From the human T2T-CHM13v2.0 reference genome, Homo sapiens, in NCBI RefSeq assembly GCF_009914755.1, contig NC_060927.1: a stretch of 64,000 nt of DNA. One strand, 5' to 3'. Position numbers and translations under genes: made by a program. Below the pieces are notes generated by a model. It was not told where the DNA came from, made no database searches, and was given only the letters and a program-made list of their open reading frames with translations. Of this stretch, positions 15,624-27,632 are shown piece after piece. Each line of letters begins with the position of its first letter. Within the stretch, counting starts at the first letter, position 1.

Positions 15624-15810
15624 AGGTTCAAGCGATTCTCCTGCCTCAGCCTCCTGAGTAGCTGGGATTACAGGTGCACCACTATGCCTGGCTAATTTTT
15701 TTGTATTTTTAGTACAGACCGGGTTTCACCATGTTGGCCAGGCTGGTCTCGAACTCCTGGCTTCAAGTGATCTGCCCGCCTCAGCCTCCCACAGTGCTGG
15801 GATTACAGGC
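15624..15810 (-). mobile_element. Alu fragment lacking its 3' part and tail
   Basis: ggttcaagcgattctcc...ctgggattacaggc. Confidence 0.85.
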
Positions 15811-16146
15811 TGCCCTGCATTCTTACTGCTATGCTGTTCCCTGTTCTTTCTCAGGGAAGAAGGTCCTCACTGATCCCCTTCCAACCCAGCCCCTGAGCTT
15901 CGTGACCTTCCCAGCTCCAGGTTTCCACCAGTAACCAGTTTCTGGATCTGGGCCCCTTGGTTCAAATTCTTTTGAAAGAGAATCTGTTTGAGCCAGCTCA
16001 TGGGTTGATGTCTGTCCTGGGTCTAGATAATTTTGGCTTAGAGGGCAGGGCCAAAAGCAAAGGAGGATCTGAGGAACGGAGACAAGCCTGGTGGCTGCCA
16101 CTATCCAGGCGAGGGCTCCCAGAGGGAGCATGGACAGACCTGTGGT

Positions 16147-17533
16147 CAGGGCCAGCTTCATGGCATGTGGCCAGTGCAGTTGCACTCTGAGCTCACAAGG
16201 CTCCCGCCCCCTTGGATTTTAGTGCTCTGTGGTTACTGTTTCGAAATTCTTAATTTTACCTTTGAATTTGTGTTTTGTAAGTGAAGTCCAATGGGACAAT
16301 GCAGTGTGCCAGGGGCTTGGAGGCTCAGCTGACATGTGGGCCCACCTTGCACTGCCTCCTTGGCATGGGTTCTCAGCCACCCGCTCCCCTGCCCCTGGCT
16401 CCGTGTGTGACTGACCTCCTCTTCCCTGCCTCCACCCCAGGACCATTGCTGCTCTCCACCTCTGCAGGGGCCTAGGTGGGGGCTCAGAGACTGCTGGGTG
16501 CTCACACTTTGTGATGTCTTGGGGCATGGCATGGTGGTAGCTGTCTTTACTTCAGGCTGGCATTGCTATGATGTGTCTGCGCCTCTCCCTACCCCCTATC
16601 CAGGTACCAAGTGCATCTCAGCATGGAGGTTTAGAGATCCCTGGGGATCAGCCTTATGCTGTGTGTTGGGGCTGTGAGTCTGTGGGAAGTGGAGGCACCT
16701 GCTTGAGTTTTCCAGGCCCTACCCCCAGGTGAGACTAGGGGCACTGGCTGGCTGGTGGGAGGTGGAACCCACAGGCAGGCAGTGTGCATATGCATGTGCG
16801 CTGTGTCACAGGGTGGCCCTGTGCCTGGGGAATCCTCCCTTCCTCCTTCTTTTTATTTATTTTTTATTTTTTTTGAGACAGAGTCTCACTGTGTCACCCA
16901 GGCTGGAGTGTAGTGGCATCATCTTTGGCTCACTGCAACCTCTGCCTCCTGGGTTCATGCAATTCTCCTGCCTCAGCCTCCTGAGTAGCTGGGGCTACAG
17001 GCGCTTGCCACCACGCTCGGCTAATTTTTGTATTTGTAGAAGAGACAGTGTTTCACCATGTTGGCCAAGCTGGTCTCGAACTCCTGACCTCAGATGATCC
17101 ACTGGCCTTCGCCTCCCAAAGTGCTGGGATTACAGGAGTGAGCCACCATGCCCAGTCCTCTCTTCCTCTTTCTATACTTCCCTGAGTCTGCCTTGGGTGT
17201 GCCTCTTCTGGCCAGCTCATGGCACCCTCTGGGGACAAGCCATGAAGGAAGAACTGTGCAATTTCGGTGATTCTGCACCAGCTAAATGCTCTGGTATTTG
17301 CATTTAAAATTGTCATTGCACACTATAAAATGAGCAGCAAAGAGACTGTACTAACAGTTTTAATTTTTTGACTTTTTTTCACTTAGAATACCATTAAACA
17401 GCAAATAATAATTAAAAAACCCACCATGACAATCCTAGAAAGAGATCACAAAAGAAAGGAAAAAGCTTTCCATGCACCTTTAATGACACTTTTTCTACTT
17501 CATGCATGAGGGGCCTCACAATGTACCTAGCTT
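16147..17533 (+). mobile_element. MER45-family hAT-Tip100 element interrupted by an Alu
   Basis: Starts cagggccagcttcatgg, then gaaattcttaat; ends ggggcctcacaa. Confidence 0.65.
16850..17156 (-). mobile_element. Alu (AluS-type)
   Basis: Full dimer with T-rich tail. Confidence 0.93.
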
Positions 17534-18424
17534 GTGCTCAATGTGTGCAGCCAATGAAGGAAACGGAGGAGTCCAGGGCCGTGGGGCAAGGATGATGAGT
17601 TTGTGTTGGGATGTGTTGGGTTTGGGGTGCTGGATGTCTGGAAGGCTGTAGGTGTAGCAATCCCAGCACAGGTGATTAGCAGCATTTTATGCCGCTCAGA
17701 GAGGAGGCCCCTGGGTTTGGTAGGAGAGCTGTGTTAATAGTGGGCAGCTGCGTGTCCCACTGAGGAGTGGAGGGGTGGCAGCCCACTCCTTCCAAAAGCA
17801 TGGATGCAGGAGGAAAGCACCAAGGAGAGCAAGTCAAGGTTGGCTGGAGTAGGGGATCTCAGCATGCTAGAGTCACCTGGGGAGCATTACAAAGGGCAGA
17901 TGCCTGTGCCTCGCTCCGGATCATTTGAAGAAAAATCTCCTGGGGTGGGTGTGGTCATCTGCCATTCAAAAAATCACAAACACATACACAAACAAAAAGG
18001 CAATAAGAAATGGAAAACAGCTCTGGGTTGTGCAGAAGGATGGTGGGTTCCGAAGCATCAGGATGAGGCTGCTCTTGTTTAGAGATGCGTTTTGGTCCTG
18101 GTGTAGCTGGTTTCTTGCTGTGTGACCTTGGACAGTTCACTGTCACTTTTCTCACCCTTATTTTCTGTCCCAGTGAACAAGGAGCTTGGACCAGATGGTT
18201 GTGGAGGGGCACTGGGCTCTGACTGTCTGTGGGGACAGGGGTCTCTTTACCTGTCCATGCTGCAGGCCTTCCTTACTCCCCACAGCCCTGGTCTGCTGTG
18301 GGCCCAGCACCAGCCCTTCTCATCCTGCCCAGAAAAATGGACACTTCTCCATAAGAGCTGATGTAGTGGGGACCAGCTCAACATTCTGGAGAGTCACAGT
18401 GCCAGAGGAAGCGGAGCAGAGGGA

Positions 18425-18650
18425 CTGGCAGTGTGGCTTCCAGACTCAAACTACCCATGTTCTGACTCGATCACTTAAAAGTTATGTGACCTTGGACAAA
18501 TTCCTTGGCCTCTCTGAGCTTTGATTCCTCACCTGGAAAATGGAGCAAATAACAACATTTCCCACATTAGGATAGGGAGAGGATTAAATGAGACAAGCGT
18601 GCAATGTTCTTAGTGCTGTGGCGGGGGTACAGTCAGCACTCAGTGATTCC
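18425..18650 (+). mobile_element. MIR SINE
   Basis: tgtgaccttggacaaattccttggcctctctgagc...aggattaaatgaga core. Confidence 0.8.
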
Positions 18651-20206
18651 AGCCGACTGGAACTGACTGTAATCCAGCCTTGCTGCTTGGCCACTTGCTC
18701 TGCTTTCAGACAGGGTGATCTGTGGGTTCTGAGGCTTGTGGGCTACACTAGATGGGCTGCTTCCATGCCAGACTAATACAGTTCCCGAAACATCCAGGTT
18801 ACCTCCCGGGGTGTAGACTCCCCATCTGCCCCAGTGAGCTGTGCCCAGGCCCCTCTTCTTGCCCCTCTTACCTGAATTGGCTGTTGGAGCTTCCAGGCTT
18901 GGGAAGCTCAAGCCAGGCTGGGTTGGTGGTGTAGCCATAGGAGAGAGCAGGAGCTTGTGAGCAGCACCACTGAGGCCCAGAGTCTTCTGAGCCCTTTAGG
19001 GCAGAAGGGAGAGTCTGGTCTATGTGATACCAGCATTTACACCTGAGATTCTTATCCAAAAGTCCTGTGTCCACAGTCAAGCCTCTGGGGTGAGAAGGAG
19101 GGCTTAGGGAGGCCTCTGGCATGGTGGCTTCTTAGAATATTGAGCCAGACTCTCCAACATCAGTTCTCTTGGAGAGGTGTCCACTCTTCTGGGCAAGACA
19201 GGCGAGAGAGGGAGGGATTCCTGCCAAAGCCACTAATAAACAAATTCCTCCCATCACTGAGTGAAGATGTTGCCACTTTGGAAATGGGCTTGTCCACTCT
19301 GTTGGAAGGCTGAGATGTCCTGGTGGCTGGGGCCTACATCTTGCTCAATAGTGTCTGAGACATGACTGGAAGACATCTGCTCAAGATGGTGGAGTGAGCA
19401 CACATCAAACCCTCTCTGTAACTGCCTCGAAACCTGGAGGAATGATGGGGACACACACATACTCTTTCTTTCCCTCTCTCTCCGTACTAAGAATGAAGAG
19501 TAAACTTACAGGATAAGCTGGTTAAGAGTAGCCCAGGGGTAGAAGGAGTTAGATATACATAGGCTGGCTTTAAAGCTTATGTGAGAATGGGGATGAACAT
19601 GCCTATGCTTGGCAGGAGACCCGACCCATGCTCCCTCCATGTAGCTGGGGTTGAAAACACTCCAGAAATGTGCTGCTTGCTCATGGTGCAGGAAGAAAAG
19701 GGCACTGATGTAAATATGAGAACCAGGCTGGTGCTGCACATGGGTGCTGCATCAGAAATATTTTTGGCTGAGAACCAACACCCCAAACTCTATAACATGA
19801 GACCTGCTCCTGGGTGTGCAAATCAGGAAGAACGGGCTCAGGCAACCGCAAAAGCACCTAACGTGGAAGAGTCTGTCCATCAAAAAAGAATTCCCACGCA
19901 GAATGAGCTATAAAACAAAAATTGCAAAGGACATGTCAAAATTTATCATGAGGCATACTTCTCAGGCTTAAGAAGCAAAATTAATAACAGGAGAGGTGGA
20001 AATTATGAACCATTTGAAAGGATGATAATTAGTCTCACAGAAAGTCTCTCATCCTCCCTTAAAATTTGTCTAGTTGGGGGCAGTATTTCCCCTACCAGTG
20101 GATGACTTTCTGATCATTCCTGGGTAATAAAATGCTTGGTAGTCACATGAAACCATGGTTTCAATTCACGTTAAAATAGTCTATTCCCAGATAGGAAAAT
20201 AGTCTG

Positions 20207-20207
<1 letters not shown>

Positions 20208-20240
<33 letters not shown>

Positions 20241-20520
20241 AGACAGGGTCTTACTCTGTTGCCCAGACTGGAGTGCTGTGGCAGGATCACGACTCACTGC
20301 AGCCTTGACCTCCTGGGCTCAAGTGATTTATCCTGCCTCAACCTTCCAGCAGTTGGTACTACAGGTACGTGCCACTGCACCAGCTAAATTTTGTATTTCT
20401 TGTAGAGACAGGGTTTTGCCATGTTGCCTAGGCTGGTCTTGAGCTCCTGAGCGCAGGTGACCCACCTGCCTCAGCCTCCCAACGTGCTGGGATTACAGGC
20501 ATGAGCCACCACACCCGGCC
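20208..20520 (-). mobile_element. Alu (AluJ-type)
   Basis: Long poly-T, gagacagggtcttactc. Confidence 0.92.
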
Positions 20521-20679
20521 CACTTTAAACTCTTGTAAAAGATAAAGCCTCTTTGGTCTCTAGCAAGGAGCTTTCTTACTTCAGGGAGGGGTGTGGTCAG
20601 CTTCTCTTTTTTTCCTCCTCCTCCTTTATCTGTTGCTGTTGTGCACCCACCTGGGATTGGAGTTCCAGAAGGGGAGAGG

Positions 20680-21280
20680 GATTGCAGCACTGTTCACAAG
20701 AGCCAAGATTCAGAAGCAACCTGAGTGTCCATCAACAGACAAATGGATAAAGAAAATGCGGCACATACAGACAATGGAGTACTATCAACCATAAAAATGA
20801 GTGAGAGCCTGTCATTTGCAACAACATGGATGGAATTGGCGGTCATTATGTTAAGTGAAAGAAGCCAGGCACAGAAAGACAAACTTTGCATGTTCTCACT
20901 CGTCTGTGGGGACTAAAAATTAAAACAATTGAAGTCATGGAGATAGAGCATGGAAGGATGGTTACCAGAGGCTGAGGAGGGCAGTGAGAAAAAGTGGGGA
21001 TGCTTAATGGGTACAAAAATAGAGTCAGATAGAATTAATAAGATCTAGTATGTGATAGCACAATGAGGTGACTACAAGTCAACAATAATTTATTGAATAT
21101 TTTAAAATAACCAAAAGAGTATAATTGGAATGTTCATAACACAAAGAGATACATGCTTGAGGTGATGGAAACCCCATTGACCCTGATGTGGTTATTACAC
21201 ATTGTATGCTTGTATCAAAACATCTCATGTACCCCATAAATATATACACCTACTATGTATCCATAAAAATTAAAAGAAAA
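20680..21280 (+). mobile_element. L1MA-type 3' end
   Basis: cagcactgttcacaagagccaaga...ggttaccagaggctg...catgtaccccataaatatatacacctactatg, A-rich tail. Confidence 0.88.
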
Positions 21281-21807
21281 AAGAAAGGAAGAAGGGAACT
21301 GGGCTCAGGAAGGTCTTACTTGATTGGAACAGTTGAAGGCTGGTTTTGGCTCTCTGGGCCCTGTTGAGGTTTAAAGCTGATTCTTTCTCCTATGGGCACT
21401 TTTGTGAGTTTTTTGTAGGCATCCCTGCTGAAACTCAGACTGTCACTCCTATGATGTAGGCAACACATTTTTTTTAAAACTTTATTCCTTAGCCTCCGGT
21501 TTTCCTAGACGCCGCCTTCCACTCTGCATTGCAGGCTGTTTGGCTTCCTCAAGGTGAGCCAGGCTCCCACCTTCTTTCTTCCTTAGTGGCAGGGACACAA
21601 ACCAAGCTGTCTGCATGGGACCCTAAGCTTGGGGCTAAGAGGTCATCTGCTCCATTCCACCCTTTCCCTGGGGCCATGAGACTCAGAGGGCTTCAACAGC
21701 TCTCTTCAAAGACATCCTCTTCACATGTCCTTGGAAATGTCTAACAACTCAGTCCTTTTCATATGCTTTCAAAAGGTGGCAGGCATGATTTTTAAATATG
21801 ACTTTTA

Positions 21808-22097
21808 GTCTGGGTGTGGTGGCCCACACCTGTAATCCTAGCAGTTTTGGAAGCTGAGGCAGATGGATTGCTTGAGCCCACGAATTCGAGACCAGCCTGG
21901 ACGACATGGCAGAACCTCATCTCTACAAAAAATTAAAAAATTAGCCAGGTGTGGTGACATTCACCTATAGTCCTAGCTACTCAGGTGGCTGAGTGGGGAG
22001 GATCACCCAAGCCTGGGAGGTCGAGGCTACAATAAGCTGTAATCACACCACTGCACTCCATCCTGGGAGACAGAGTGAGACCCTGTCTTAAAAAAAT
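21808..22097 (+). mobile_element. Alu (AluJ-type)
   Basis: ggattgcttgagccca, gaggtcgaggct. Confidence 0.9.
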
Positions 22098-22298
22098 TAG
22101 TTTTAAGGTTAACATTATGTTACATACTGAAATGGTAAGGAGGGAACGGTGTCCTTGCAATGAGAGCAGGATATTATTAAACAAAAATAGGCAGTCATGA
22201 AATATATTGCTATTGGAAATAAAAAAAAGACTGCAACAGGCAGGATAGACAACCGGTGAAAATAGCTGGTGAAAGATAAGTGAATTAAAAGATAGAAA

Positions 22299-22558
22299 TG
22301 CTGGGCGCATTGGCGCCTGTCTGTAATGGGCTCACAGTGCATTGAAAGGCCAGAAGTTTGAGACCAGCCTGAGCAACATAGTGACACCCCATCTCTTAAA
22401 AATAAAAAAAAAATTAGCTGAATGATGACATGTACCTGTAGTCCCAGCTACTTGGGAGGCTGAAGTGAGAGGATTTGCTTGGGCCCAGGAGTTTGAAGTT
22501 GCAATAAGCTATGATCGTACCACAGCACTCCAGCCTGGGTGACAGAGTAAGACTGTTT
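22299..22558 (+). mobile_element. Diverged Alu (AluJ-type)
   Basis: Dimer with degraded left arm. Confidence 0.8.
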
Positions 22559-22868
22559 CTTTCTTTCTTTCTTCTTTTTTTTTTTTGAGATGGAGTTTCA
22601 CTCTTGTCGCCCAGGCTGTAGTGCAGTGGTGCAATCTCAGCTCACCGCAACCTCTGCCTCCCGGGTTCAAGTGATTCTCCTGCCTCAGCCTCCTGAGTAG
22701 CTGGGATTACAGGCACCTGCCACCATTCATGGCTAATTTTGTATTTTTAGTAGGGACGGGGTTTCTCCATGTTGATCAGGCTGGTCTCGAACTCCTGACC
22801 TCAGGTGATCTGCCTGCCTCAGCCTCCCAAAGTGCTGGGACCACAGGCATGAGCCATCGCACCCAGCC
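22559..22868 (-). mobile_element. Alu (AluS-type) inserted tail-to-tail against the preceding Alu
   Basis: Full dimer; TSD ctgtttc. Confidence 0.92.
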
Positions 22869-23772
22869 CTGTTTCAAAGAGAGAGAGAGAGAGAGAAAAT
22901 GTACATAAAACATAGCACCAAAAGATGAAGAAATGGAAAATATGAATAAGAAGTTGAGAGCCATGGGAGATAGATTGAGGAATTCCAACACACATCCAAG
23001 AAGAGTTTCTGAATAAGAAAAATAGTGAGAACAGGGGAATGAAAATGAAATGTTTGCAGAGGTAATGGTTGAAAATTTCCATAATCAAAATAAAATTCCA
23101 TTTCAGGAAAGTGCACTGATTGTGATGGGGTAAAGTAAGTAAAGTAACAAAATACCCAAATAATTCCTTCTGAACACTACCATGACTCAGAGGGAACAGA
23201 AAAAAAAGATCCAGCCTCAGTGAGGCTGTGAGCCCATGTCACACCTGATCACATTCCCATCAAGGGAAACACCTGGCTCTGAGTGTCTCCTCCCTTATTT
23301 TGGGCCCAGGGTAGCAGAGTGGAGGACATGTGATTGGAGTCTCCACAAATTTCTACTGCTTCCTTCTTTCTCCATTAAAGTTATTAAGCTGGACTTTTCT
23401 TCCATTAAATTAAAAAAAAAGAAAGAAAGAAAGAAAGAAAGAAAGAAAAGACTTTCTGCTGCTTCTGGTCCTCAGGCAGCTTCAGATGATCACAAGACAC
23501 TTGTTATTTAGGGCTCAGACACATGGCACAGCACACGGCAGGCACTTATTTCAGGATTTCCCAAGCACTGGAACCTGGCTCCATGACTGGGGCCCTGCTG
23601 ACTCCAGTCTTCTAGAAGAGGCAATGATGGGGACAGGGTGACGAGTGTGGAGACAGCAGTGCCTCATCTCCTGGGACATACTCTACTTGCTGTTCTGTGG
23701 CACAGCTTTCACAGGCTATGATTGCAAGAAGAGGAGGGGAAATAAGGTGTTGTTAATCTCCCAACCTCTAAT

Positions 23773-24051
23773 ATTTTTTTTTTCTTGAGACAGGGTCTTG
23801 ATATGTCAGGCTGCAGGCTGAAGTATAGTGGCACAATCACGGCCCTCTTCAGCCTTGACCTCCCAGCTCAGCCTCCAGGTAGCTGGGACTACAGGTGCGC
23901 GCCACCATGCCTGTCTAATTTTTAAATTTATTGTAGAGGTGGGATCTCACTATATTGCCCAGGCTGGTCTCAAACTCCTGGGCTCAAGCAATCCTTCCAC
24001 CTTAGCCTTCCAAAGTGCTGGGATTACAGATGTGAGCCATTGCATCCATCC
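23773..24051 (-). mobile_element. Alu (AluJ-type)
   Basis: TSD aacctctaa both sides. Confidence 0.9.
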
Positions 24052-25089
24052 TTAACCTCTAATCTTTAGACTAATTAAATCCATTTCCAAAAAAATACAT
24101 GTTTATTGTAAAAACAATGTAAGCAATATGGAAAGATGTAAAACCAAAAGCTTCTCCCTTCTTTCTCTTGGTCTTATGCCCTGGGTGTGAACTCTGTTAA
24201 TATTTGGTTTGTGTCCTTCACATCCTCTGTCTCTCATAGCTGGGATAATATGTGAGGTTTCACCAGTTATGGTCCTCCCATCCCACACTCCCTTTTCTCT
24301 GGATTCCTCCTCCAACCACCATTTGGGGAAGTAGATGCAAGATATCCATTGGTTATGGAAGCTGTCACAGTGGAATCAGTGAAGAATATGCCAAATTCTT
24401 GAGTTTTAAGATAAAAGTTCTCAACCCAGATATAAGATAGAAAAAAAACTGAGCAAACTGTATATTGGCTCAATCAGTTTTTTTCCCCCTCTTCCCAACC
24501 CCAGATTAGATAAAGCTGAGTTGAGGGAAGAGGTGAAATGGGGAGGAAGTAATGAGAAAAGCAGTCATGGTCTCCAAGAAGGGATATCCCTGTGTCCTCC
24601 TCTGGCGATTAGATGTAAAGAAGTATTGGAGGGTATTATCGAATTCTCCAGATAGAGTTTGGGGACTCAGGTGCAGAAGTGTCAGCGACAAACTTCCACT
24701 TGGAGGTCTGGGGAGCAGACACCTCTCCCTGAGACTGAGATATGAGGTAGATCTCTAAGCCTAGGAGCCAGGGTAAGAAAAAGAACACTTGTTAATTAAC
24801 TAAACTTACATATAAAATGCCTGAATTTACCCGGAAATGACCATGACTAATTTTCTGCCATTATGAGGATTGGAGATTCCAAATAAAGGTAAAACTGTAT
24901 AATGGAACAATAAAAAAGTTATATTATGTACACCCTACACTGCTTGAAAAATTTGTGCATCTATATATTTTGTATATCTATGCTATCTATTCCTCTTTTC
25001 CTTTTCTTCATGACCTGGCTTTATCCTGAGATGGATGAAAGAGCTATGATTTCAATTTCTCCTTCTCTTTGCTAAGTTAATATATTTGA

Positions 25090-25660
25090 ACACGAATTGT
25101 TGGTTTGTCTATCACCAAAGAGCTGGTGAAAACAAAAATTTGTTTCCCACTCCGTCCTCTTCCCGGATACTTGGAGACAGCAGCGTCAGTGGCATTGTTT
25201 GGCGTCTCTGAACGCGGCTTTGGCAGAGCCCTCCGGAGCCAGCTGTAGTTCCCGGAGACGCCACTAGGTGACAATGTAGGTCTTGGTTGGTCAACTGCAG
25301 GCTACGGTTGATTTGGTTGGGTCCCAGCGGAGCCTTAGCGTCCTCTCCGGCAAAATAACAAATGTCCGTCGTGCAGGGCACTTTCTTCGGGAAGGACTCC
25401 TGGGAGCTCAGGAGTTTGCATACGAAGCCGAGGGAGCGAGGGGCTTCTGATAATGATATTCAGCGTCGAACAGAGTCGCTCATATGCAGAGCCGGAGTCT
25501 CTCCCAGCTTTGATATATGAGATTATTATGGAGAGTAATGCAGGCCGAGTGATGCTTGCTCGGCAGGCTGTGGATGTGGATTCCTATGTGGATTGCGAGG
25601 CCGGGCGCAACAGGGATGTCGCTTCCTAGGGACAAAGAGGGGTGAGGGGAGAGACGGCCA
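25090..25660. promoter_or_regulatory. Orphan CpG-rich island, promoter/enhancer-like
   Basis: About 30 CpG in ~570 bp (hand count) in an otherwise CpG-depleted window; no recognised repeat; CTCF-like, tgtagttccc and ttggttgg motifs. Confidence 0.65.
25258..25276 (+). promoter_or_regulatory. CTCF-like motif (forward orientation)
   Basis: acgCCACTAGGTGACAatg, one mismatch to the CCACTAGGTGGC core. Confidence 0.5.
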
Positions 25661-26727
25661 GGAACCAAGGACTGTCATAGGAGTGCCAGGCATCTCTGTC
25701 TGTTCTCAGCAACAATGGATTGGTCCTTTTCCCGGAGGTACAAGGGAGGCCAGTGGATGGGTGGATTAGCATTTGTCCCGAGTCCTGTAGTGGAAGGCAG
25801 TGCTCCCCCAGGCAGAGCCAACCCTTGGTGAGATGGCCATAGGGCTGCTACTCTGGACCCCTTATATGGAGGAGCTCTTCACTCCAGGGCTTTACAAAGT
25901 TGACCAAAGAGGAAAGGAAGACTGGGCGGGCACCGGAATGAGATCTCAGTGGAGGGTCCTCTGTTGGCAGTTGGGGGTGGTGCTGGTAGACACCCTAGAG
26001 AGGGTTGTTAACAGAATAGCCTTTCCTGTCTTCCTAGAGGTTCTGCCAAACTCTCCCACTGCTCATTCTAGTTTAGACTGGAACGTTGTTTTGTTTTTGT
26101 TTTAAGATTTTTTTTTTTGAAACACACCGTCAGTTTGGAATAAAAATTCTATCCTCTTGGTTTAGTGTTTCTACTCACTTGCATGAGTCCCGACGAGCTT
26201 CTACTACCAGGGTCATGAGAATCGCCCCTCAAAGCACTGTTCTGCCATGACAGAGGATTTACCTCTGGGCACCAAGCTGTGATCACTGCCAGCGCATCCC
26301 TGTCAAAGTCTGGTCCTGGACAGATAGATGCTTGCCCTCTGCAGTGAGAATTCTCACGCTCTCATTAAAGTTATTGACTCAGTTGATTCTCACTTGCTCA
26401 GCTGTTACCCTCAGAACCAGGCACAGGCTCTAGCCAAGGGCCCTGCCAGGTCCAGTTCTTCCCTCACAAACCCTCAGGTCCCAGACCTCAGATATTTGGT
26501 TAGAGCTTGGGTCCACACCCTCAATTAGGCTTTCCTGCCCACAGACCTGTCTGCCCTGACAACTTTCTTGGCCCCAAGTCTGGATGTTAGACCCTTTGCT
26601 CCCAGAAGACTCCAGCTCCTACCGCAAACTGTCCAACCCTTTTCCAGGTTCTGCAGATGTAGGGGCCTCAGGCAGGAGCATGCCTTCACAGCACCACAAA
26701 ATCCTGTTACACTCCTCCAGGGCATCA

Positions 26728-27243
<516 letters not shown>

Positions 27244-27338
27244 TTAGCTCATTATCTTTGTATTTGCAGATGTTCAAAGTAAAATCTCTAAATATCGACT
27301 CTTATTGATTGTTATGGGCTCAGTAGGCAGTCATGTCT

Positions 27339-27632
27339 GTTTTTTGTTTTGAGACAGAGTCTCACTCTGTTGCCCAGGCTGGAGTGCAGTGGCATGATCT
27401 CAGCTCACTGCAACCTCTGCCTCCCAAGCTCAGGTGATTCTCTTGCCTCAGGCTTCTGAGTGGCTGGGATTACAGGCATGTGCCACCATGCCTGGCTAAT
27501 TTTTGTATTTTTAGTAGAGATGGGGTTTCACCATGCTGGCCAGGCTGGTCTCAAACTCCTGACCTCAGGTGATCCTCCCACCTCAGTCTCCCAAAGTGCT
27601 GGGATTACAGGTGTGAGCCACTGCGCACGACC
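27339..27632 (-). mobile_element. Alu (AluS-type)
   Basis: Full dimer. Confidence 0.93.
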
